From Fonticula-like sp. SCN 57-25 (lineage: Eukaryota), in NCBI GenBank assembly GCA_001724245.1, contig MEDX01000004.1:1-64000 (forward strand): 64,000 bases of DNA, in the 5' to 3' direction. The notes below the pieces were generated by a model. The model was not told the DNA's origin. It was given only the letters and a program-made list of their open reading frames with translations, and did not search any database. A program made the translations under genes and the position numbers. Of this stretch, positions 1 through 12,157 are shown piece after piece (within the stretch, counting starts at the first letter, position 1; each line of letters begins with the position of its first letter).

Positions 1-285
1 CATCTTGATTGGATGCCTTCTTCAAGATGACAACATATGAGGGATTTTCAGGTGCGATTTTGGGGGCGTTTTTCCCTTTCTAGTTGAGGGGCACCCATAA
101 GTAAAACAAGTAATTATATGGTATAATTATACTATATTTCTTGCAAGGAAACTATCTTGCACATATGCCTCGATAGATGATACAATCAATCCTAAATTAC
201 AAACTAAACCCACGTGGCCACGACAATGACACAAATATACCCCATCCACGTGGCCACACCACCATCATCTTTCCTTCTTCTTCCC

Positions 286-2959
286 CTACCACTTGTATGA
301 CTCTATCTCCCCATTCCACGTGGCCGCAAGTATCGTCGGCTCATGCGGGTGCCACGCCACATCCCTCACCACCACGTGGCCCCTCTCCCCCCCCCTCCCC
401 CTCCCCCTACCCCCCTCTTCCCTACTCAACTCAGTCACGTGATCACCAGTCAGCACATCCCACACGTGCACAATTCCATTCCCACTTCCACTATAAATAT
501 ACCTTTGCCCGGTCGATTCTATTGGTGAAAATTTGGCGCGAATGAGTGTTCTGTGGACAGAGTGGCCAGAGTATTGCATGACGGCGAGGTCGGTGGAGCG
601 GCCTGGGTGAGAGTGGGAGGAGCGAAGGGGGGCGCGACTAGAAGGGGAGTGAGTGAGTGAAGGGAGTAGGGTAGAGTAAAGTAGAATGACAATGGTTCAA
701 AAGTGACATGAAATGGCATAAAATGATATAAAATGACACTAAATGGAAGTAATTGATACAAATTGACATAAAATGACACAAATTGACACTGATTCAAAAA
801 TGACACAAAATGACCCAAAATGACACAAAATGACATAAAGTGACACAAAATGGTTCAAATTGACAATGACCCAAAATGACCCAAAATGACCCAAAATGAC
901 ACTTTTGGCACATTAAACACCATATTATACTCTTCCTCTTTCCTTCTATTTCCTTCTATTTCCTTCTATTTCCTTCCACTCTTACCGATAGTCTGCGTAT
1001 CTGCTGCCGCCGCCCTGTGCCTGCAATGTCGGACTTCCCATATTGCGCAAGTCCCATAGGCGGATTGTGTGGTCTTTTGCGTTTGATATAAAGTAACGGC
1101 CGTCGCCTTTGGGGTCAATGTAGGTGATGCCCTCCACGTGGCCGGAGAAGGCGCCGACTGGGTAGTAGCGCTCGCCGCGGGATAAAGCTCGGCGGTCCCA
1201 TAACTGAAGGGGGTTAGAAGGGGAAAGGGAGGAAAAGGGGGGAAAAGAAAGGAAAAAGTGACAAAATGATACTAAAATGATACTAAAATGACATAAAAAT
1301 GGTACAAAAATGATATAAAATGATACTGAAATGGCCATAAAAGTACTTAAAATGATCAACAATGACGACAAAATATTCATCAAAATGATTATAAAAATAC
1401 ACAAAATGACTCTAGAAATGACCATAAAAATACTCAAAATGAACCAAAATGAACCAAAAATACATCAAAACACTGCACAATAGAACATAAAATATATCTA
1501 ATAAACTAAAATGTGCGTACTTTACATAGACGGTCGTCACTTCCAGACAAGATGAGATTCGAACTCGCGTCAGCAAATGCCACTGCGTTGACGTCATCCT
1601 GATGCGCGGGAAAATGAATTCGTTCCCTTCTTGTTATATCTATCAACCAATTAGAACAAGATACACATGGCCACGTGGACATGAAGGTAAAGGCAACAAT
1701 GTTGATTACGTGGACAATAATGAAGGTAATGTAACACAATTAAGTATATCCATAGGCAATCTACCTGCAAACTACCCTTAAAAGTGATAAAAAGAGCACA
1801 ATTACGTCATAACACAATACCTACTGTCATTTTCCCGCCCACTATTTCTGATTACGTGTCATACCAAAGATATAAATAGAATGATCGGATGCGCCGCCAA
1901 TGATTTCTGCGCTGTCGTGGGAAAAGCGCACGGAAAAGAGGCAGAATTGCTGCGTTTCGGGGGCAAAGTCGAGCTCCACGTGGACGCGGTTTGAGGCATA
2001 TGCTGACAATAGATGGACATAGTTTGACCACGTGGAGTAAATGACAAACCTATTCAAAGTGAGTTTGCAGTTTGCGATGGCATGAGATCATCATCCAACA
2101 TAAACCACCATAGTGAACCACGACATAAACCATAAAATTCAGCATCATATATAAAATAAACACACTTTACATCATTACACACTCAAATACAACCGAAAAT
2201 CATCAATATTTCTATACATATTTAAATATGATTCACAAAAAAGGCGTACTGTTGGTCAGGGCTGTAGTCCGTGTCGACGATTGACCAGCCGACATCGTCG
2301 ACCTTGATCTCGTTGATCATTTCAAAGTTGTCGAGCGCATCGTACAGCCGAATGGTGCCGTCCTGCCCGGCGCCCATGTACATCTCACCGGTTGGGGAAA
2401 AGCTCCCGCAAAAGACAGTGTGATCAAACGTGTCCATGACGCCGGCGTACTTGCGCGGCACGAGCGACGACGACATGCGCATGCGATCCCGCCGCGTGCG
2501 GCTGTACCCAAACTCGCGCGACACTAGAGAGGGGAGCGGCGCGCGAGGGCGCTCAACATAGCCCGTGCCGACAAGCGACGCTGATGAGGTGGGCAGCGGG
2601 GATCGCGGGGCGTCATCGGCATCACCCGACATGGGCGACGACGGCATTGAGGTAGACAGATCAGAAGAGGGAATAGGAATATCACAGCGACTTGATAGTT
2701 CAGTAACAATGTCGTTTTGCGCTATGCGCGACTTCCAGAAGCGCCGCTCTTCCTCATCGTTCGCCGCGTTCGGTTCCTCGCCCCGCCGGCGGCGCTACAG
2801 GTATGTGTCAGCATGCGGTCAGGGGGGGATGCTTGGACGCACGGGAACGCCCGAGGCAAGGCCCGCTTGCATTAAAAGTATCTGGAAAAGCGCCGCGTTG
2901 CCGCCCTGGTCCAGGTACTCTTCCATGTCGTCGTCCTCCATCTCAAACCACGGATCCAT
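286..2959 (-). CDS. DCAF11: DDB1-CUL4-associated WD40 protein, WDR23/DCAF11 (LEC14B) family; about 7 exons
   Basis: Spliced pieces VGWSIVDTDYSPD, FCLFSVRFSHD, AHQDDVNAVAFAD, LWDRR..GHVEGITYIDPKGDGRYFISNAKDHTIRLWDLR, YSGHSVHRTLIRAKFSP..TGQRYIYSGS, VRDVAWHP. ATG at 2959 (MDPWFEME), stop at 286. Confidence 0.9.
700..905. repeat. Degenerate 10-11 nt tandem repeat (AAAATGACAC/AAAATGACCC) inside a DCAF11 intron
   Basis: Many adjacent aaaatgacac/aaaatgaccc units. Similar units occur at ~1260-1470, and as the reverse complement at ~3890-3990 and ~4610-4790. Confidence 0.85.
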
Positions 2960-3008
2960 CTTGGCGACGAGGGCCAAGCAGCTAAAGCAGCTGATGACAA
3001 TCAACACA

Positions 3009-3030
3009 GTGACGTCACATGTGACGTCAC
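3009..3030. promoter_or_regulatory. Perfect 22-bp palindrome: two CRE sites (TGACGTCA) around an E-box, in a divergent promoter
   Basis: GTGACGTCACATGTGACGTCAC equals its own reverse complement. It lies between the ATG at 2959 (-) and the ATG at 3226 (+). Confidence 0.65.
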
Positions 3031-3225
3031 AAAACGGTTCTTTGGCCTCTGGAGCGCGCGCGTTTCACTTTAAAGCGCCTATTTTTTATGTACATGTGCG
3101 CCTCTACTTCCCCGACAATACGGCGTGTTTATATTTTGTCCTGCGCCGCCACTTTTCCCGCTCGCCTTACCTCATCTTTCCAACCCGATTTTCCCGCCAC
3201 CATAAAATTTTGATTACATCAACCT

Positions 3226-5188
3226 ATGTCAGATCACATGCCGCACGTTCGGGCACTGATGTGGTCGGCGGCGGTCGCTAGAGAAGCGAGCATCCTACGG
3301 CATGGCGGCAACGTGCGCATCCCCCCGCCGCTCATTTGTTTTGTTTCTCACACATAATGCAGGTTTTTGGCTGCAGCGTCTCGCCCGATGGCCGCTTTGT
3401 TGCTTCCGGGAGCGCGGACAAGGTTGTGTGCATCACTGATGTCGCCAGCCGGCGGCTCTTGCACAGCGTCCAGACAAGCAGCCCAGTGCGTGGCCATCCC
3501 TTGTCGCTCTTTTTTTGCCGTTTCTGACGCAGCGCTGCGCTGCAGGTGGTCGCTGTAGGGTGGTCGCGCGGCGGAACGGTGCTGCTGTGCGGCACGCAGC
3601 GCGGCGAGCTCATCCAGGTGACGCATCTCACCGGCCAATGGAGGACAGTCGTGCTGTACAAGAGCCCAGGATTCGTGCGCCCATTGGCTTGCATTTCTTT
3701 TTTGCTGCTTTTCTGACTGCGATCGGCAGCTGAGCGGGATGGCGTGCAGCGATCAGGGCGATGTCGCCGTGGTCAGTAAAACGGTCGTGACGATCCTCAA
3801 CCAGGCAAGCAAGACGGTCCACCTGCAAATGGAGCAGGAAACTGTACGTTATATTAGATAGTAAATTGATGTATTTTTGGTTTAAATTGGTTCATTTTTG
3901 GTATTTGTTTGTTTGAGTTGGTTCATTTTTGGTCATTTTTGGTCTTTTTTGGACGTTTTTGGTCCAATTTCCCTCATTTTTCATTCATTTTTCATCCATT
4001 TTTCGCCCATTTTCTTTCTTTTCCTTCACTTTCTGACCCCCCTCAGCCTCACCGCCTCGCCTTTTCCCCCGACGGCACGCTCCTCGCCGTCGGCTGCTTC
4101 TCCGGCAGCATCTACCTCTTTGCGCACGCCGCCGACCGCCACTGGTCCGAGGCGTCCGCCTGCAAGCACCATTCCAAATTGGTACACACGATCATTCCCA
4201 TAAATAGTATCACATTTCTGACACTTTTTACCCCTTTTTTCCTTTCCTTTTCCTCTTTCAGATCACTTCACTTGAATTTAGTCCTTCTGGCTATCAACTT
4301 CTCGCGACGTCGTCCGACTTTACTTCGACAGTGTGGGCGCGGTCGGGCGGCGGTTGGGCCGCGTCGCCGCAAGCAGTGCTTAAGGGGCACTCGAGAGGTG
4401 TGCGCGGCGGTGTTTTTGTGGGTGAGCAGTTGGTGGCCACGGGGGCGGATGACGCGACGTTGAGGGTGTGGGGGGTGGTGAATGGGGGTGAAATTGCAAG
4501 AGTCGACTTGGCGGAAGTGGTACGAGAATAATGAATTTTTGTGAAGAGAAGTATTGGTTTTGTGTGTTTGAATGGTTTGTTTTCATCAACGAGTATCAAT
4601 TTTTGGTTATTTTTTGGTCATGACGGTCATTTTTTGACCCCATTTTGGTTTTATTTTGATGCCATTTTGACTCCATTGTGGTTATATTTTGGTACCATTT
4701 TGACCCCATTTTGACCATTTTGACCCTATTTTGATCATTTTGATACCATTTTGACACCATTTTGACTTCATTTTGACCCCATTGCGGTCACTTTCCTTTC
4801 ATTTTAACCCCACTTTAACCCACTTTTAACCCACTTTTTCCTTTTTCAGCCACTTTCCCTTTCGTTCCACCTTGCCACGTGCCTGCTCGCCGTCGGCGCC
4901 ATGGGCGGCATCCTCGGCCTTCTCCGCTTTTCCCTTTCACCGCCGCCTTCCCCGCCACTTTCACCGCCTTTTGCAGATGATGACGTCACTGAAATTGAAA
5001 CTGGACTTGCCCTTTCGGGAATTTCAGCCAATCAGAAGGCGCCGTTTCAGCTGCAGGACGGCCGCGTGGTGCTGCTCAGGCGGAGCATTGCAAAGTATGA
5101 GGCGGCCATTGCGGATATGCAGGCAAAGCGTGCGTGTGATTGGTGGGAGGGTGTTGGTCACGTGATAATGCTGACCACGTGGGTTTAG
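3226..5188 (+). CDS. WD40-repeat protein, about 7 exons, family unassigned
   Basis: Spliced HGGN|VFGCSVSPDGRFVASGSADKVV, LAFSPDGTLLAVG, ITSLEFSPSG, LKGHSRGVRGG..ATGADDATLRVW. GT-AG junctions keep the frame. Confidence 0.75.
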
Positions 5189-5650
5189 TGAAGAAGGCAA
5201 AGGAGGAGCTAAAAGCGTTGGAGGGGGCGTAGGAGAAGAGTGCACAGTGGTATTATCATCCTTGTTACGTGTATTATTGAGAATTATCGACGATTGATAT
5301 AGGTTTTGCGAGTGTTATTTAATAGACACTTTGAAATGAAACTAAGAAAAAGATATGGAATAGGGATATTTATATACACATATGAACATACGGTGAGTGG
5401 TCATAGGTGATCATTTTAGTATCACGAACTTGTGGAAACGTACAAGTTATATGAGGCATGATGCCTTTATACAACGTATTAGCAAGGTCATATACAGTTA
5501 TACATAAGAATAGTGACGCTTTATTGCACTATTACGGCCTCTTTTGCCTTTGACGTTCTTCTTATAGCCGTATTTTCATGGCCAATTGCTCCATCATCAA
5601 GGATGACGTAATCATATTGCAGTTTGCTGGCAGGGGAGCGTTCTCGAGAC

Positions 5651-7624
5651 ATGGCGGGGTCGCTGCCGCTCGTTTCTCGCCGCACCGGCGACTGGCAGGT
5701 TATTCTGTGCGCTTGTTGCCTCTCTTGTGCGCTTTCCTTCTTCTAACGAACGACTTGTAGGAATGATCCCGATCAGAGGCAAATTGTCGAGCACAGCGAA
5801 TCGCTATCGCAGCTTGTCGTCCGCCGCGGCTCGATCGATCCCGCAGTGCGTCATGAGCTGATCGCCTCGCGCGGCCGCCCCGCCCCACCCGCGCCTCACC
5901 GTGCCACCTCCGAGTCCGACACGTGTCCCATGTGCGGCCACCGATCGACCTCGTCATCGGCATCCCTCTCGCCGTCATCATCATCGGCATCGACAGCTTC
6001 GGCATCAGCGGCATCTTCTTCGCCGCCCGCCTCGCGCACCTTTATTGACCGCAACTACTTTCGTCTTCTTGGCTCCTCCTCGCTGGGCCCTTCCTCCGCC
6101 CCACCTTCCCCTCCCGCAGCCGATCCGGACGCCCTCCCATCCTCCCTCTTCAATGAAGGCTACTATGCCCGCTTCTTCCACGAGGACCGCCGCCTCGGCC
6201 GCGGGCAGCGCGGCACCGTCTTCCTCTGCCGCCACGTCATGCAAGGCGTCCCTCTCGGCGCGTACGCCGTCAAAAAAGTCCCCGTCGGCGACAACGCATC
6301 CTGGCTTGTCCGCATGCTGCAGGAGGTCCGCACGCTCGAGGGCCTCCACCACCGCAACGTTGTCGACTACAAGCACGCGTGGCTCGAGTACCACCACCCC
6401 GCCTCGTTCGGCCCGACAGTCCCGTGCCTTTTCATCCTCATGGAGTTCGCCAACGCGGGCTCGGCCGAAGACCTCGTGCTCGCCGGCGGCGGCTTTCTCA
6501 GCGAGCGCGCCGTCCTCAATCTTGCCCGCGACGTCGCGCACGGCCTCGCGTACCTGCACGAGCACGGCATCATCCACCGCGACGTCAAGCCAAGCAACGT
6601 ACTTTTGTGCATCGACGCGCGCGGCGCTTCTTCTTCTACTTTTGCCGCCGCGAGCGCCGCCGACGCCGACGCCGGTCGACTCCGCGCCGTCCTGAGCGAC
6701 TTTGGCGAGGCCGAGCTCGTCGCCTCCATGGCCGCCGCCGGCCAAAATCGGAGGCGCACCGGCGCCACGGGCACGCTCGACTATGTCGCGCCGGAACTCC
6801 TCGTCACAGACGCGCAGGGCTGCTACAGGCATGCGCCCAATGCTGCCACGGACGTGTGGGCGCTTGGCATGGTGGTGTACTTTGCGTGCTTTGGGCGGCT
6901 GCCGTACGCAAATGTTGATGACGTGGACGTGCTGGCGGAGGAAATTCTCAGCGCGCAGTGGCGGCCGCTCGCGCTGTGGACTGGCGAGGCGGCGGAAAGG
7001 AGGGAGGCGGCGGGTGGGGGGAGGGTTAGTGGCGCGTTAAGGGCGGCGGTCGAGGAAATGCTGCACGTGGGCGCGGCGCAGAGGCCAAGGGCAAGTGACA
7101 TTGCAGCGACGCTTGACGACATTTTGCGTGGTAAAAGACAAGAAAAAAACGACGAAATCAACACAATTAGTACTATTGGTACAATTGATACTATTAGGAA
7201 TATCGACACAATTACAATCAACAACAACAACAACGACAATTTCATTAGCAATATCAGGAATACTATTGATACTATCAAGTTTAAAGGGGCGTTGAAGCAG
7301 GTACTTGTGCTGCTCGCCGCTGTGCCGCTGCTCGTCGGGTGCGAGCACGCCGCGCTCGCCGCCCACGTGCTCGCCGTCATTGCCGCGTGTGCGCTCATTG
7401 CCGGCGCGCTCAGGGTCGACTCGCTCCAGAAAGCAGCAGCCACGTGGATGGTGATGGTGATCGCGGCACAGTGGGAGGGGGAGGGTGTGTGCGCCGTGGG
7501 GGGGGAGCCGAGCGTCGCGTGGTTCGCGGCCGTTGCGGCGGTGGTTATGGTGGCGAGGCTCGCGCTGGACGCGCCAGAGGCGCTGTTTGGCGGGAGTTTG
7601 ACGCGGACGAGGCGAGATCGGTGA
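5651..7624 (+). CDS. IKS1: Ser/Thr protein kinase, IKS1 family, with hydrophobic (probable TM) C-terminus; one 5' intron (~5707-5760)
   Basis: LGRGQRGTVF, YAVKKVPVG..WL, YKHAWLE..FGPTVPCLFILMEFAN, HRDVKPSN, SDFGE, GTLDYVAPE. Confidence 0.85.
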
Positions 7625-7891
7625 TCACTGTTGTAGATGTCTACAGAATGATCCTCAGGTAAAACTGGCGGGAAATGCAGGATTTGGCGGGAAACGCATC
7701 TGCGGAGAAGTGAATAGCAAAGTGTATTGTTTAGAATACTTTTGTATTATTAAAAGCATATATTATGAGTTGCGTTCCCGGCGGATAAAAGTGTCGTGTG
7801 ACGAATATAAACAAGTATTCCCTGCTTTCAAAACTGTACAAAACATCTTTCCCCTGCACATCCGACAGCATTGTCACAGCCCTGTTCAATC

Positions 7892-8632
7892 ATGAGTGTG
7901 GTGATCGTGACGGGCGGATCCCGCGGGATCGGCCTCGCCGTGGTGGAGTGCCTGCTCGCCCACGGCGCGTCGGTTGTCTGCGTCAGCCGCACAGCCCCCC
8001 CTCTCACCCACCCGCATCTCCTTTCCCTCACTGAGGACCTCAGCGCGGGCGATCTTCGCTCTGTCTGCTCGCGCATTGTCGATGCGACCCTGTCACGGTT
8101 TGGCCGCATCACCGCCGTCGTCAACAATGCCGGCGCGCTCGGCAACGTCGCGCGCTTCGAGGACGTGAGCGCCGCCGAGTACCACAAGAACTGGGTTGTC
8201 AACTTTGCGGCGCCGGTCGAGCTCGTGCGCGCCGCGCTTGACGAGCTGCGCGTGTCGCGGGGTCGCGTGATCAACGTGTCATCGGGTGCCGCCGTCAAGG
8301 GTTACCCGGGCTGGAGCGCGTACTGCGCCAGCAAGGCGGCGCTCAAGATGTGGACAGAGAGCCTCGCCGCGGAGGAGAGGGCCATCGTCGCGATCAACTT
8401 TAGGCCGGGCGTCGTCGACACCGAGATGCAGAAGCAGATCAGGGAGACGGGTGCGCGCGGCATGGGCAGCGACACGCACGCGCGCTTCGTCGGCCTTCAC
8501 GAGAACAAGCAGCTGCTGCCGCCGTCGACGCCCGGCAACAAGATTGCGTACTTGTGCCTTCACGGGACGAGCGAGCAAAGCGGCGAGTTTATCGACGTCA
8601 GCGACGAAAACATCCCGCTGACATTCAAGTGA
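7892..8632 (+). CDS. Short-chain dehydrogenase/reductase (sepiapterin/benzil reductase-like), intronless
   Basis: TGGSRGIG, NNAG, NVSSGAA, YCASK catalytic motif, PGVVDTEMQ. Confidence 0.9.
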   Translation: MSVVIVTGGSRGIGLAVVECLLAHGASVVCVSRTAPPLTHPHLLSLTEDLSAGDLRSVCSRIVDATLSRFGRITAVVNNAGALGNVARFEDVSAAEYHKNWVVNFAAPVELVRAALDELRVSRGRVINVSSGAAVKGYPGWSAYCASKAALKMWTESLAAEERAIVAINFRPGVVDTEMQKQIRETGARGMGSDTHARFVGLHENKQLLPPSTPGNKIAYLCLHGTSEQSGEFIDVSDENIPLTFK

Positions 8633-9617
8633 GAGTCTTATTGCTAATTGAACATTACCAGTATGCGTTCGTTACGGTATTATTATGGTATTGTTCACGG
8701 TATCATTCTGGTATGAATACAGTTCTAGTATTGTTGTACATGTCAATCTTGCACTAGCATAAGAAGGTAGAAAAGAACATATAAACGAGGGCAGTATCAG
8801 AAACAGTGCACATCCAAATATATAATTATGTTTTTATTTACCGCATTTCATTGCCAATTTGCGCCAAAATATCGCAAAAAGCTTCATGACTCAATGCAAC
8901 TTCCGCGAGATTTACAGTCTGATATGATATAATCGAAGAAGTATATGAGCCTGCCCTACTGGAATCCACTATATATGTTCAATGCATAATGTGTTTTCCT
9001 ATCTCTCTTCATCCTAGCTTCACTTTCCAAAACAATTTTTTCCTATTCAAATTTTTGGATTTTCAACATTCTACCTGCCAAGTTAAAAATGAACCATACT
9101 CTGTTTGAATCATTATTCACAACATGCAATCGGCACTTTTTGGTAGGATATATTTTAACCCAAAAACTACATAAATAACCATGTAGGTCTACTTATTCTC
9201 TACATATTACCTCTTTGGACTATTGCTCTATCTCTTCATTTGAGAAAGATATTCGTCGCATTCCTAAAAATCAAGAGAAATTCAACCCGTCAATCTGTCA
9301 AGGGATCAGCATACCTCCAAATCCCTGCTCCCCAACACAAGTCCATAATTCATATTGTTTATAATATATTCCTAGTGCCATTGACACTTTAAATGTTGCG
9401 CTTAATTGGCGGCAATTTCCGCTTTCCATTTTTTCCAGCGCCGTTCAACGCCCGTCAGACAGAAATCACTGCCCCTCAAGAATCACACGGTTGTCAACTT
9501 TTCACCCCTCCTGTCACTTTGGGTCGTCCGTTTGACAGGCGTCTACTTTGACAAGGGGCGAACTGTAGCCCGTTCCCGAGCCTCCCACTCTCTGACTTGT
9601 ATTCATTCCGCGGCGTT

Positions 9618-10632
9618 ATGTTGGGCTCTGCTTCCGTTCGTAACTTGCTGGCGGCGATTCTCATCATTGGCGCTTTTACGGTCGTCCTGAATCAGCGCCG
9701 CACCGTCGATGATGTCGTGGCGCGGCTCGCCAACACGCAGAACGAGCTTTCTGACGTGTATGACAGCTACAAGGTGCGCCTTTTGCCTTCTTTCATGTTT
9801 GTGTTTCCTTTTCGTTTTGTCTTGGTCTGCGCCTCTGTTGCTTTTTTGCATCTTTTGCGAAAGCCACGTCTGCCGCGCGTTTGCCGCACTTTGCCATGAT
9901 TTTGCCGTGTTTTCGCCGCGTCTTTACCTCATTTTGCTCACATTTTCCTTTCCTTTCTTCTTTCTCTCTTTACAGGGTGAGCAAAAGCGCACGAATGATC
10001 TGCGCTCCCAGCTTGACTCTCTGACCTTCAAGGCCGAAAAGGATCTGACATCGTGCCGCGATGAGCGCGATCGCACCAAGAACGAGCTCGCTCTCCGCTC
10101 CGCGCAGCTCAAGCAGCAGTTTGACGAGAACGCGTCCGAAGTCTCTTCCCGCGAGCAGGCGACGCGCGAGATGTACGAGCAGCAGGCGCGCTCCGCCCGC
10201 GAGTCCTTTGAAACCGACATCGACCACCTTCGCGCGCAGCTCGCCCTCGAGCGCGACACGAGCGCCGCGCAATTGGCCACGCTCGAGGCCGAAGTCGCGT
10301 CGCTCAAGGAACAGCTCGAGAAAAAGTCGTCGTCGTCGGCGCCGGCCAAGCAGTCGTCAGGCGACAGCAGCACTGGTACCAGTTCCAAGAACTCGACCAC
10401 CACTGCCAATACTTCCAATGCTTCCAATACGACTACTACGACTGGCAAGGCGGCGGCCGTGCCGACAAAGCTGCCCATTGAGGCCGCGGCGGGCGACAAG
10501 GCGACGACCGCCAAGCAGAGCACGTCGGCGACCGGCGGCGACAAGTCGGTCACCGAGGGCGAGGCTGCCAAAAAGGAGGAGAATCGCGGCGAGGAAAAGG
10601 ACCCGCTCGTGAATGGTCACGTGGACGAGTGA
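9618..10632 (+). CDS. Signal-anchor (type II membrane) coiled-coil protein with S/T-rich tail; intron ~9774-9976
   Basis: N-terminal hydrophobic LLAAILIIGAFTVVL. AAG|GTGCGC..TACAG|GGT junction joins a long E/Q/R/L heptad region. Confidence 0.7.
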
Positions 10633-11154
10633 GCCGTATGGGAAGTGCGTGGTGTTCGCCACGTGGATATATCAGTGTAAGACCAGGGTCGTTGCAGCCC
10701 GAGGGGGCGTTTTTTCTTTGCCCATGATGATGTGCATTGTAGTAGGCATTCAATATCATATTCGATTTAATAGGAAATATGTGATGTTAATACGAGAGTA
10801 TGCGCATTCATTGGCTGTATTGCTATACGCAGAGGAAGCAATGCTTGCAGCATGTGATGAAAGTAGAAGCAATCCTACTATCGATAATGGTCTCACAGTT
10901 CTCGTCTTTAAATACAAACCCGCAACATGGTTGGTTATGTTGTTACCACTTCGTCTGTATTGTGTTCTCTTTCAGTCCATTGTCTATTATGCTCTCGCAG
11001 TCAATTTACACAAGTAATAAAATAAGCAATGTTTTCCCGCAGTTCTCTGATGGCCATCACGATCTCGGTGATAATGATCACCGAGATCACGTGACACCGT
11101 GACTTTTCTTGCCTCGTCGACGAAAGGAAAGGGATCCCCACAACAACAGCAGCC

Positions 11155-11594
11155 ATGTCGGTCAAGGTCGCCGGTTTCCAGAGCTCGGACGTGTTCCAGC
11201 AGATCAAGGATGGCATTGATGGCCTCTCCGCTGCCAGCAAGAAGGAGAACGTCAAGAAGGTGAACGGCGTCTTCCAGTTTGACGTTGCCGGCAAGGACGG
11301 CAAGGTCCAGTCGTGGCAGCTCGACCTCAAGAGCGAGAACGGCACGCTCGTCACCGGCGCCCCCGGCAAGGCCGACATCACCATCATTGTCAGCGATGAG
11401 AACTTCCTCAAGCTCGCCAACGGCCAGCTCAACGGTGCGACATCCCCTTTTGCCCATTGAACGGCAGATGCTAACCACGATCCATTGCAGGCCAGAAGGC
11501 GTTCATGTCGGGTGCCATCAAGGTCAAGGGCAAGATGATGCTCGCCACCAAGCTCGACGTTGTCCTCAAGTCGACCCAGAAGGCCAAGCTCTAA
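11155..11594 (+). CDS. Sterol carrier protein 2 (SCP2) domain protein, peroxisomal
   Basis: NGVFQFD..WQLDLK..ADITIIVSDENFLKLANGQLNG|QKAFMSGAIKVKG. C-terminal -AKL is a PTS1. One intron, ~11434-11490. Confidence 0.92.
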
Positions 11595-12157
11595 GTCAGC
11601 GATGCTCGCTCGTTGTACTCGGATCTGACATAAACAGGTCTCTTTTCCCTCTTTCTGACATGCGTGGTCCTCTTGCGGAAAAGTGAAACCAATGGCGCGG
11701 CTGAAAGTGAACGCAGCCGCCACACAGTCACGTTTACTTTGCTGCACTGTGCACTATCATCGCCAACCATTATTTTACACTGTGCATCATCAGCCTTATG
11801 GCCTGCTCTTCAGGGGTACCGATGCTTCCCTGTGGGCCAACCATCACCATCATCCTTCCGTAGCCCACACACAGTACACACCGCCACACGAACACACCAT
11901 TGTCACACTGTATTTCTCTCTTTGCAATGGTGTCCAAACTACCGACACGATCAGGGCGCGACGGTCTGGGGCCCCACCTTCAGTTTGCAGTTTGCACACA
12001 GGGCCTCAGCAGGGCCTTTTCTTCGTTTTACCATGCAATACACAAATGTGTCTTTGCTTCATATTCCCATGAATAAATGATTATTTTCTTCATATTACCA
12101 ATAATGAACGCGTCTTCATATTAGATACACAAAAGCGCCACTTTCTTCCCCTTCCCT

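Noticed and set aside
519-1437. Hydrophobic Phe/Ile-rich ORFs suggesting membrane proteins
   Set aside because: Translations of T-rich intronic repeats.
4803-4835. TAACCC telomere-like units
   Set aside because: Only three interrupted copies, within the polypyrimidine/branch region of a repeat-rich intron.
7892-8632. Intronless SDR as a bacterial horizontal transfer
   Set aside because: Codon usage matches its neighbours, the family is common in eukaryotes, and other native genes here are also intronless.
11640-12080. Possible ncRNA or small ORFs between SCP2 and RPF2
   Set aside because: No recognisable RNase P/MRP, snRNA or snoRNA motifs, and the ORFs lack the local codon bias; probably UTR/intergenic.
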